A stretch of 64,000 nucleotides of DNA from an uncultured Spirochaetales bacterium (GTDB lineage: Bacteria; Myxococcota_A; UBA9160; JAFDET01), in NCBI GenBank assembly GCA_964442285.1, contig CAYTZH010000005.1, positions 9,563-73,562 on the forward strand, written 5' to 3'. A program made the position numbers and the translations under genes. The notes under the pieces were generated by a model that was not told the origin of the DNA, did not search any database, and was given only the letters and a program-made list of their open reading frames with translations. The first letter of the stretch is position 1, and each line of letters starts with the position of its first letter. Positions 1 to 7,995 of the stretch are shown here, piece after piece.

Positions 1-1
1 T

Positions 2-781
2 CTGGGGGGCGAGAAGTCGGTGCCCCTCGAGGGGCTGATCGAGGAGGAGAACCCCCAGCTCGGCTGGCGCTCCATCCGCCTCCTGCTCTCCCACGCGCGG
101 GACTTCCGGGCCCAGCTCCGCGCCATCCTGCGGGCGAGCGCCTTCGGCGACGTCCGCATCCTGCTGCCCATGGTGTCGTCGATGGAGGAGCTGCGGCAGG
201 CGAAGCGCCTGGTCGAGCAGTCGAAGGAGGAGCTCGACAAGCGCGGCGTTCCCTTCGATCCGGAGATCCCGGTGGGCATCATGATCGAGGTGCCCGCGGC
301 GGCCCTGGTGGCGGACGCCCTGGCGACCGAGTGCGACTTCTTCTCCGTGGGCACCAACGATCTCACCCAGTACACCCTCGCCTGCGACCGCGGCAACGAG
401 CGCGTGGCGCACCTGTACGAGCCGCTGCATCCGGCCGTGCTGGTGCTCATCGACCGCGCGGTGCGCGCGGCGCGGCGCGCGGACATCCCCCTCTCGGTCT
501 GCGGGGAGATGGCGGGCAATCCGCTCGCCGCCCCGCTCCTGGTGGGCCTCGGCGTGACCGAGCTCTCGGCGGCGCCGAGCGTGGTGCCGGCCATCAAGGA
601 GGTGGTCCGGGCGCTCGACGCCGGCGTCGTCGCCGAGGACGCCCGCCGCGCCCTGGAGCAGCCGGGCGCGCGGGAGGTGCAGGCGATCTCGGCGGGGCGG
701 CTGCGCTCCTACGGGCTGCTCGAGCACCCCGACCTGGGAGCCTGGCTGCGGGCGTTGCTGGAGCGCGCCGGCCTGGGCTGA
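2..781 (+). CDS. PEP-protein phosphotransferase (PTS enzyme I, PtsI/PtsP), C-terminal part; 5' end lies outside the window
   Basis: LGGEK, EENPQLGWRSIR, MIEVPAA, FFSVGTNDLTQY and SVCGEMAG motifs of the PEP-utilising C-terminal domain; frame open from base 2. Confidence 0.93.
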   Translation: MGGEKSVPLEGLIEEENPQLGWRSIRLLLSHARDFRAQLRAILRASAFGDVRILLPMVSSMEELRQAKRLVEQSKEELDKRGVPFDPEIPVGIMIEVPAAALVADALATECDFFSVGTNDLTQYTLACDRGNERVAHLYEPLHPAVLVLIDRAVRAARRADIPLSVCGEMAGNPLAAPLLVGLGVTELSAAPSVVPAIKEVVRALDAGVVAEDARRALEQPGAREVQAISAGRLRSYGLLEHPDLGAWLRALLERAGLG

Positions 782-857
782 GCCCCGCAAGCCGGCCTGG
801 CCGAGGCCGCGCCGGCCGGGGCAGGTCTATCTCCCGTCGACACTCCGGCCTTCCCCC

Positions 858-886
858 CTCGGACGGACCGCGGCGCCGGCCGATGC
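858..886 (+). promoter_or_regulatory. Putative sigma28-like promoter (CTCGGA-N15-GCCGATGC)
   Basis: GCCGAT -10-like element; same upstream hexamer and 15-nt spacing as the element at 14092-14120. Confidence 0.35.
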
Positions 887-894
887 ACCCGATC

Positions 895-1983
895 ATGAGC
901 GGTCTCTCCCAGCCGGGGAGCGGCGCCCTCGCGGGTCGGCGCCTGCTGGTGGTCTACCTGCCGAACGACGCGTGTGCCCCCGAGTCGCTGCTCGAGCCGC
1001 TCCTGCTCGCCTGCTTCCGCGCGGCCGACACCTGCCGCGTGGCGGCCGCCGCCGAGAGCCGCGCGCTGCGCGCCCTGGCCCGCGAGGACCGGGACGCGGT
1101 GCGGACGCCCGGCGACGAGTCGCCGCCGCTGCGGCCGCGGCTTGTCGAGGTGGCGCCGCGCATGGGCTACGTGGAGCAGCGCATCCTCGAGGATCGCTTC
1201 CTCGCGCAGCTGCCCCTCCCGGGACGCGAGCGCTCGGGCGTCGGCACCTTCCACTGGGACCGCCTCCAGTGGTGCCTGCTGCCGCGCGACCTGGCTCCCT
1301 TCGTCGCGAGCCTTCCGTGGAAGGAGGCCGACACCCTGGTGCTCCTGGGCGGCGCGGCGGACGATCCCCTGGGCGGTCAGTGCCTCGCAGCGGCCCGCGC
1401 CCGCGGGCTGCAGGTGGTCGGCCTGGTGCCCGGGTTCGTGCTCGGTCGCTACGCGCCCTTCTGGATCCACGGCTGCGACGCCGTGGGCGTCGCCGACGCC
1501 GATGCGGCGGAGGCCCTGGCCGAGGCGGGCGCGGGGCCGCGGGTCTGGGTCGAGCCCGGGCTGGCGCCGGACCTGGCCCTGGCGCCCCTGGCGCTCACGC
1601 CGGCCGAGCCCCGGGTGCTGCACCTGGAGCTGCGGATGCGCACGTCGATCGCGCTGGTGAAGCGCACCCTGCAGGACTGGCTCCCCGGGGTGCGCGACCG
1701 GGTGGCCGGACTCTGCTTCCACCACGACGGTCCCTATCTCGAAAACCTCCGCGAGCACTTCGGCACGAGCTGGGCCCAGGTGCCGGTCGCCCACGACGCC
1801 GCGCCCCTGCTCGAACGGGCGAGGCGCGGCGGCGCCGACGTGCTGGCCTTCGAGCCCTGGTCCGCCGTCTACACCGGAGGGCTCCCGTCCGGCACGCGGG
1901 TGGGCGTCCTCGGCGCCGAGGTACGGGCCTGCCTGGGGCGGGTGCCGGCGCGGCTCGCGCCCCACCTGCTGGAGGTCGCGTGA
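895..1983 (+). CDS. Hypothetical protein, possibly a degenerate GT-B/glycan-associated protein (alternative start 883)
   Basis: Natural-looking composition downstream of ATG 883/895; stop overlaps a GTG (GTGA); lies at the head of the glycan locus. Confidence 0.55.
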   Translation: MSGLSQPGSGALAGRRLLVVYLPNDACAPESLLEPLLLACFRAADTCRVAAAAESRALRALAREDRDAVRTPGDESPPLRPRLVEVAPRMGYVEQRILEDRFLAQLPLPGRERSGVGTFHWDRLQWCLLPRDLAPFVASLPWKEADTLVLLGGAADDPLGGQCLAAARARGLQVVGLVPGFVLGRYAPFWIHGCDAVGVADADAAEALAEAGAGPRVWVEPGLAPDLALAPLALTPAEPRVLHLELRMRTSIALVKRTLQDWLPGVRDRVAGLCFHHDGPYLENLREHFGTSWAQVPVAHDAAPLLERARRGGADVLAFEPWSAVYTGGLPSGTRVGVLGAEVRACLGRVPARLAPHLLEVA

Positions 1984-2008
1984 AGACCGCCGCGGAGGTC
2001 GCGTGAAG
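1971..2008 (+). repeat. 15-bp direct repeat GGAGGTCGCGTGAAG (1971-1985, 1994-2008), each copy containing RBS + GTG/TGA overlap
   Basis: Read directly from the sequence; creates the 8-codon ORF VKTAAEVA at 1980-2006. Confidence 0.9.
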
Positions 2009-3256
2009 GTCCTCGTCGTCACCAGCCTGCGCCACCACCTGGGCAAGATGCGCTCGGTGCTGGAGGAGCTCCGCGAGCGGGGCTGCGAGATCCAGCTGGT
2101 CACCGCCCAGAACAGCGTCTGGCTGCCCGGCGGCGACTTCGAGGCGGCGCTGCGCGGCTGCGGCTTCTGCTACCGGCGCCTGGCCGAGCTGCGATTGCAT
2201 CCCGAGTTCCACGCCCGCCTGCGCCCGCGTCTGCGGGCCCTGGCGGCGGGCCTGGCCGAGCGCTTCGGCAGCGGCGAGCGGCCGCCCGGCTACACCTCCG
2301 ACGCGGATCTCGGCTACTCGCTTCTGGAGAGCGTGGAGGACCACGTCCTCTTCCAGCTGCTCTTCGAGGAGGAGCGTCCCGACGCGGCCCTGGCCCTGCA
2401 CGAGAACGGCTTCTGGTCGCGCAACTTCGCCGTGGTCTGCGCCGAGCAGGGGGTGCCCTTCTTCACCTTCCAGGAGGGCCCCTCCTACGACATCTTCACG
2501 CCCACGCTGCTCTCGGAGTACGGCTACTACGCCGATCGCACCTTCCTGTGGGGCGAGTCGGAGCGCCGCCGGCTGCTCGGGGCCGGCGTGCGCGACGAGC
2601 AGCTGCGGGTGGTCGGGCCGGCCTATCTCGATGCATTGGTGGCCTCGCGGCCCAGCCGCGCCGAGGCCCGCGCGAAGCTGGGTCTCGAGATCCCGGACGG
2701 CGCGGGCCTCGTGGTCTTCGCCCCGGCCAACCCCGGAAACGTTCCCGTCTCGCGGACGTTCCACGAGGCGCTGCTCCGCTTCGTCGCGTCGCGGCCCGCG
2801 CTGCACCTGTGCCTCAAGTGGTGGCCCGGGGGGCGCTTCCCCGTGATGGAGACGCTCGACGAGCGCAGCCGCGACGTCCTGGGCCCCCGCTACGCGAGCT
2901 TCTGGAAGGAGAGCGCCTACGACGTGCTCTTCGCCGCCGACTGCGTGATCGGCCACGCCTCGACCCTCGCCGGGGAGGCCGTGGCCCTGGGCGTGCCGTT
3001 CCTGGAGCTGGCCTGGGAGGGCAGCGAGACCGATCCCATCGCCGGGCTCTCCCGCCACGCCGGCGCCGAGAAGCTCACCGGGCCGGCAGACCTGCCCCGG
3101 GTGGAGGAGTACGCCCGCGGACGCGTCCCGGTCCTGGTGCAGGCCTACACCCGCGCGTATCGGCTCGACTTCTTCGACGGGATTCGCGGCGACTCCACCC
3201 GTCGCACCTGCGACGAGATCCTGGGCCTGCTCGCGGCCCGGCGGGACGCCGCTTAG
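2003..3256 (+). CDS. GT-B fold capsule/surface polysaccharide protein (CDP-glycerol glycerophosphotransferase / sialyltransferase-like)
   Basis: PDAALALHE, GVPFFTFQEG, ADRTFLWGE, VVGPAYLD and ADCVIGHASTLAGEAVALGVP resemble conserved segments of this family. Confidence 0.65.
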   Translation: MKVLVVTSLRHHLGKMRSVLEELRERGCEIQLVTAQNSVWLPGGDFEAALRGCGFCYRRLAELRLHPEFHARLRPRLRALAAGLAERFGSGERPPGYTSDADLGYSLLESVEDHVLFQLLFEEERPDAALALHENGFWSRNFAVVCAEQGVPFFTFQEGPSYDIFTPTLLSEYGYYADRTFLWGESERRRLLGAGVRDEQLRVVGPAYLDALVASRPSRAEARAKLGLEIPDGAGLVVFAPANPGNVPVSRTFHEALLRFVASRPALHLCLKWWPGGRFPVMETLDERSRDVLGPRYASFWKESAYDVLFAADCVIGHASTLAGEAVALGVPFLELAWEGSETDPIAGLSRHAGAEKLTGPADLPRVEEYARGRVPVLVQAYTRAYRLDFFDGIRGDSTRRTCDEILGLLAARRDAA

Positions 3257-3258
3257 CC

Positions 3259-4302
3259 TCAGCGCAGCGGAAGCGCGGGCTCGACGGAAACGGGCCGCCG
3301 CGGTGTCCGCTTGCGAGCGGCCGCCGAACGGCGCCGGGGAGCCTCCGCGGCGAGCTCGGCCCGGCGGTACTCGATCATGCGCCGCAGCCCCTCGTCGAGG
3401 CCGATCCGCGGCGACCAGTCCACCGCGTCGCCGATGCGTTCGATGGCGGGCACCCGCCGCGGGATGTCCTCGTAGCTGTCCCCGATGGCCTCGAGGTGGT
3501 TCTCGTACTCGATCTGGTTCGGCGAGGCCCCGGTGAGCTCGATCACCCGGTGGGCCAGGTCGCGGATCGTCACCTCTCGGGGGTCGCCCACGTTGTAGCT
3601 GGCGTTGTGGGCTTCGGGGACGTCCAGCAGGCGCACGAACGCGTCGACCACGTCGTCGATGTAGGTGAAGCAGCGGGTCTGGGAGCCGTCGCCGTGGACC
3701 ACCAGGGGATCGCCACGCAGGGCGGCGTCCACGAAGGCATCCACCACCCGGTGCCGGAGTCGGGGGCCGTAGGCGTTGAAGACCCGGCCGATGACGTAGT
3801 CCAGCTGGCCCTCGAGCTGACAAGCCTTGATGTAGTGCTCGACCGCGGCCTTGCTCGTGCTGTAGCACCAGCGGTTCACGTCGACGCTACCGAGTACGCG
3901 GTCGTCGTCCTCCCGGAACGGCACGCCCTCGCTGCGGCCGTAGATCTCCGAGGTGGACGTGAAGAGGAAGAGCTTGTCGGTCCAGCGGATCATCTCGACG
4001 ATCTCGAGCGCGGCGAGAAGCGTCACGTCCATCACCTTGCGCGGCCGGCGGGCGCACTCCGCGGGATTCACCACCGCGGCGAGGTGCGCCACGCAGTCCA
4101 CCCGATCCACGAGCCGCTGCAGGATCGGCCGGTTGCGGATCGTGTCGACCACCATGTGGAAGCGGTCGTAATCGCGGAGGACGCGCGTGAACGGCGTCTC
4201 CGAGAGATCCAGGACCCAGACCTCGCGTCCGGCTTCGAGGAGGCGGTGGGCGAGGTGGCTTCCGATGAAGCCCATCCCGCCCGTGATCAGCACGCGATCC
4301 AT
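3259..4302 (-). CDS. NAD-dependent epimerase/dehydratase (UDP-glucuronate decarboxylase/ArnA-like extended SDR)
   Basis: ITGGMGFIGSH, TSTSEIYG, RWCYSTSK (YxxxK), FNAYGPR, GDGSQTRCFTYIDD. Confidence 0.92.
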   Translation of the reverse strand: MDRVLITGGMGFIGSHLAHRLLEAGREVWVLDLSETPFTRVLRDYDRFHMVVDTIRNRPILQRLVDRVDCVAHLAAVVNPAECARRPRKVMDVTLLAALEIVEMIRWTDKLFLFTSTSEIYGRSEGVPFREDDDRVLGSVDVNRWCYSTSKAAVEHYIKACQLEGQLDYVIGRVFNAYGPRLRHRVVDAFVDAALRGDPLVVHGDGSQTRCFTYIDDVVDAFVRLLDVPEAHNASYNVGDPREVTIRDLAHRVIELTGASPNQIEYENHLEAIGDSYEDIPRRVPAIERIGDAVDWSPRIGLDEGLRRMIEYRRAELAAEAPRRRSAAARKRTPRRPVSVEPALPLR

Positions 4303-4353
4303 GGGGCTCTCCGCTCCGCACCGCTCGTGAGTTGCGGCTTCGCTGCGTTCCGC

Positions 4354-4367
4354 TGAAGCTCATCGGA
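4354..4367 (-). promoter_or_regulatory. 14-bp element TCCGATGAGCTTCA upstream of the epimerase gene, identical to 14086-14099
   Basis: Exact match seen in the sequence; contains a sigma28-like CCGAT core. Confidence 0.55.
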
Positions 4368-4482
4368 ATCCGTGTCCGGTACACGACCGGGGAACACCCC
4401 AGACGATCCGCGAAAGGCGCCCGTGTGCCGTCTCCGGGGAAGACCCCTCCTGGCCGTCGGCGCCGCGGGTACCCTCTGCCCG

Positions 4483-4983
4483 ATGCCCGCGCCGTCGCTC
4501 GCCGTCGTCCGCCAGGAGGCCACGCCCGACGCCGTGCGCCGCTACCTGGAGCTGGCCGCGACGGTGTTCCGGGCGCTGCCCGCCTCCCGACTCGAGGCCA
4601 ACGCCGCGGCGTTCGCGCCGGGAACGCGGATCCACGCGGCGGTGGACCCACGGGGCTGGCGGGGCTGCCTGGTGGTCCAGCCGCGCGCGCTGGGCTCGCT
4701 GCAGGTGGGAGGCGTCTCCGGCGTGTGCGTCCACCCGGAGTCCCGTGGCGGGGGTATCGGCGCGCGGCTCCTGCTGGACGCCGTGGCCGCGACCCGCGCG
4801 CGCTATCCGGCCCTCTGGCTCTGGACGCGCATCCCCGGCTTCTTCGGCCGCTTCGGCTTCCGGGATGCGGCGTCCCTGTTCGAGGCGGATCCCGCCGGCT
4901 CGTCGCCCATGCTGCTCTATCACGAGCCCGAGGCACGGGTGCGGGCGCGGCTTCGGCCGCCCCTCCCGCGCCGCTACTTCTGA
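4483..4983 (+). CDS. GNAT family N-acyltransferase
   Basis: GVCVHPESRGGGIGARLL (motif A) and FFGRFGF (motif B); TACCCT 7 nt upstream of the ATG. Confidence 0.85.
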   Translation: MPAPSLAVVRQEATPDAVRRYLELAATVFRALPASRLEANAAAFAPGTRIHAAVDPRGWRGCLVVQPRALGSLQVGGVSGVCVHPESRGGGIGARLLLDAVAATRARYPALWLWTRIPGFFGRFGFRDAASLFEADPAGSSPMLLYHEPEARVRARLRPPLPRRYF

Positions 4984-5711
4984 GGCGCGGTCCGCACCAG
5001 CCGCCGCACGAGCTCGAAGGCCTCCGCGGCCGCGCAGCCGGCCTGGCCGCCCCAGTGGGCGGCCAGGCGCGAGATCCCCTCGAGCGACCGGGGATGGGGC
5101 GGCTCCCGGACCTCACTGGTGTAGGCTTCGAAGGCACGGAGCTTGCGCTCCAGCCCCGCCCCGACGTCGACGAAGACGGCCGGCTGGAAGGGCCGGCCCA
5201 GCTGTCCGCCGTCGGCGTCGCTGCCGGGGATGGCGAAGGCGAGGATCTCCTCGACCGGGCTGGCGGCGCCGGGCCGGAAGAGGGTGAGCGCCACCTGGCC
5301 CGCGATCCGGTGGTCGAGGTTCAGATCGGCCTGGCTGTGGGTATACACCACGCGAGGTCGGATGCCCGCCAGCGCCGCCTCGGCCCGCCGCAGGATCTCG
5401 AGCAGCGGCCGCTCGTCGAGGCGCTGATCGGGCAGGCCCAGGAAGTGGACCGCGTGTACGCCCAGGCGCTCTGCGGCGCGGCGCGCCATCTCGCGCCGCG
5501 CCGCGGCCACGGCCACGGCGCCCTCGCGGCGGTCGCCGTCGGCCGACGTCTCCCCGTCGGCCAGGAGCAGCACGTGCACCGTGTCCCGGGGATGTCGCAC
5601 GGCCAGGGTGCCGCCGCAGCCCAGCACCTCGTCGTCCGGGTGCGCGGCGACGACGAGCACGTCGCTCGGGACGGGGAGCACGTCGCTCGGGACGGGGAGC
5701 ACGTCGCTCAC
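4974..5711 (-). CDS. PIG-L/LmbE family N-acetyl-sugar deacetylase
   Basis: AAHPDDEVLGCGG, YTHSQADLNLDH, AEAFE; GTG start overlaps the upstream stop (GTGA). Confidence 0.92.
   Translation of the reverse strand: MSDVLPVPSDVLPVPSDVLVVAAHPDDEVLGCGGTLAVRHPRDTVHVLLLADGETSADGDRREGAVAVAAARREMARRAAERLGVHAVHFLGLPDQRLDERPLLEILRRAEAALAGIRPRVVYTHSQADLNLDHRIAGQVALTLFRPGAASPVEEILAFAIPGSDADGGQLGRPFQPAVFVDVGAGLERKLRAFEAYTSEVREPPHPRSLEGISRLAAHWGGQAGCAAAEAFELVRRLVRTAPQK
5655..5709. repeat. 21-bp tandem repeat x2.6 (GAGCACGTCGCTCGGGACGGG) encoding SDVLPVP at the deacetylase N-terminus
   Basis: Read directly from the sequence. Confidence 0.95.
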
Positions 5712-6787
5712 GATGCCGCTCCGTCGGCGCGGTCGCTCCAGGCCGGCTCGACGTCCCCTGCGGAGCCCGGGTGGGCCGTCGGCAGCGCCCGGACCAGGGC
5801 GTCGGCGATGCGGGCCGCGCCGCGACCGTCGACGGCCCGCGGCCCGGCCCGGGCCAGGGCCTGCCGGGCGGTCCGGTCGGCCGCCAGCGCCGCCACCGCC
5901 CGGGCGGCGGCGCCGGGCGAGAGCGCGCCGATGCGGCCCAGGAAGCGCGCGGCCCCGGTGTCGGCGGCGAACGCCTGGCCCAGGGCATCCTGGTGGGCCA
6001 CGATGCTGACCAGGAGCGCGGGGGTGCCGAGGGCCGCGAGCTCGAAGCGGGCGAAGCCGCTGGCGGAGAGGGCCAGGTCCGCCGTCCGCATCCAGCGGGC
6101 CGCGTCGCGGCGGCCCTCCACCAGCACCACCCGGGGGCCCGCCTCGCGCACGCGGTCGGCGAGCGCCTCGCCGCGGTCGAAGCCCGCGAGGATCCGGGTC
6201 TCGAGCGGGAGCGACGCGGCCTCCCGGGCGAAGTCGGCGAGCCACCCTTCGGCCTCCGGCGCCAGCGCGCCGCCCAGCATCACCAGCAGCCGGCGAGCCG
6301 CCGGCGCCACGGCGCGGGGGCGTCCGGCCTCCGGCGGATCGAGCACGGCGTAGCGGGGACCCCGCAGCCAGCGGGCCCCGTCTCCGGCCGCCGTGTCCAG
6401 TCCGGCGGGACACACCACCAGGTCGGCGCCCGGCTGGGGGGCTCCCAGATCGCTGAACACGCACAGCAGCGGCGCGCGGGCCCGGTAGAGCGCGCGCCGG
6501 GCGGGCTCGAGCGCGATCTCGTCCACGACGATGGCGTCGGGGCGGAGCGCCTCGAGCCAGCGGACCTCCGCCTCCCGGGCCCACGGCGTCTCCACGGCGC
6601 GCCAGCCCGGATGCCAGCGGCCCACGCCGCCGGCCAGCTGACGCACCCCGGCGTCGCCCTCCGCCAGCAGCGTCACCTCGGCGACGCCGTCCAGGATCCG
6701 GGCCAGCCGGTCGCAGCGCACCAGGTGTCCCCAGCCGTAGCGACGACCGCCCCGGGCCCGCAGCAGGATGCGCGGCCGCTCGCTCAT
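5708..6787 (-). CDS. PseG/SpsG-like UDP-diacetamido-sugar hydrolase (GT28-like fold)
   Basis: GGRRYGWGHLVRC, LRGPRYAVL, LLVMLGG, ADLALSASG, ELAALGTP, VDGRGAARIA. Confidence 0.85.
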   Translation of the reverse strand: MSERPRILLRARGGRRYGWGHLVRCDRLARILDGVAEVTLLAEGDAGVRQLAGGVGRWHPGWRAVETPWAREAEVRWLEALRPDAIVVDEIALEPARRALYRARAPLLCVFSDLGAPQPGADLVVCPAGLDTAAGDGARWLRGPRYAVLDPPEAGRPRAVAPAARRLLVMLGGALAPEAEGWLADFAREAASLPLETRILAGFDRGEALADRVREAGPRVVLVEGRRDAARWMRTADLALSASGFARFELAALGTPALLVSIVAHQDALGQAFAADTGAARFLGRIGALSPGAAARAVAALAADRTARQALARAGPRAVDGRGAARIADALVRALPTAHPGSAGDVEPAWSDRADGAAS

Positions 6788-7995
6788 CGGTCCAGCCAGC
6801 CGAGCCCGCGGAGGCCCTCGGCGATCACCCGGGCGTGGAAGTCCGCGCCCGCCGGCGACGGGTAGGCGTAGCGCGGGTGCAGGTAGTGGTCCGTGGTGTC
6901 GACGGCGCGGTCGCGGGCGTAGGCGTAGCTGTCGAAGAACGGGATGCCCAGGTCCCGCGTGAGCCTCCGCAGGTGGCGGCGCTCCGGGATCTCGTCGTAC
7001 GCGAAGCCCAGGGGATGCCGGATCCGCCAGCGCGTGTCGACCGCGGGCGCATTGTAGAAGCCCAGCTGGCAGGAGACCGCGAAGCGGGCACCCGCGCTGC
7101 GCACCGCCTCGTTCCAGGCGCGCAGCAGGGCACCCACGACCCGCCACTGGAACGGGCACGCCTCCTCGGCGGTGCGATGCTCCAGGTCCTTGATCTCGGC
7201 GCGGTCGCGCAGCCGGCGCAGGCGGGTCGGTCCCAGCCACCAGTCCTCGAGGGCGCAGGCCAGGTGGCTGTGGTCGCGCAGGTGCTGCCAGGCCCCGCTC
7301 GGGGCGTCGGCGCCCGGCAGCCGGACCAGGTCGGGCGCGCCGTCCGGCCGCTGTCCGCGCAGATAGATCAGGTCGTTCCGGTGGCGGGCCGGCGCCGCCC
7401 GATGTCGTCGCAGCCGGCCGTCCGGGTCGACGCCGTAGACCGGCTGGTGCAGCCCCACCGGCTTGCCCGACTCGTGGAGCGTGATGGCGCGCCGCGGATG
7501 GTTGAGGTTGAAATGGTAGACCACCACGTCGGCGCCCCAGGCCGCGAGGTCCTCGCGGTACCAGTCGTAGAGCTGGCCGGTGGCGTAGTGGCGCGCCGCC
7601 GCGTTCTGCACCTGGACCGCCGCGCCCCGGAGCGCCCGGGTCCGGGTCTCCAGGCGCGCGGCCACGGTCTCGCCCGCCCTGAGCTCCCAGCCCACCGCCG
7701 TGCTGCCCCCGAAGACCTGGATCCGCAGGGTGCCCGGCGGGCGGGGGCCCTCCGGTGGCCGTCGGTCGTGGAGGCCCCAGGCGTCGAAGCGGACCGGGTT
7801 CGGCCGCTCCAGGTAGCGGTGGTGGAAGGCGAAGCGGGCCCCGGGCCGCGACCGGAAGCCCCGCGTGGCGTGGGGCTCCATCACCGAGGCCTCGTCGAAG
7901 GCGTCGCGCCAGAGGCGGTGGGGATGCCGGCGGCGGAGCCAGGCCTCGGCCGCCACCGCCGCCGCCGCGCCCGCGGCCACACCCTCGGCGATCAT
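6784..7995 (-). CDS. Membrane-anchored SGNH/GDSL-like protein with atypical block V
   Basis: N-terminal hydrophobic segment ending AEAWLR; RIQVFGGST (block I); block V reads YAYP instead of DxHP. Confidence 0.75.
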   Translation of the reverse strand: MIAEGVAAGAAAAVAAEAWLRRRHPHRLWRDAFDEASVMEPHATRGFRSRPGARFAFHHRYLERPNPVRFDAWGLHDRRPPEGPRPPGTLRIQVFGGSTAVGWELRAGETVAARLETRTRALRGAAVQVQNAAARHYATGQLYDWYREDLAAWGADVVVYHFNLNHPRRAITLHESGKPVGLHQPVYGVDPDGRLRRHRAAPARHRNDLIYLRGQRPDGAPDLVRLPGADAPSGAWQHLRDHSHLACALEDWWLGPTRLRRLRDRAEIKDLEHRTAEEACPFQWRVVGALLRAWNEAVRSAGARFAVSCQLGFYNAPAVDTRWRIRHPLGFAYDEIPERRHLRRLTRDLGIPFFDSYAYARDRAVDTTDHYLHPRYAYPSPAGADFHARVIAEGLRGLGWLDR

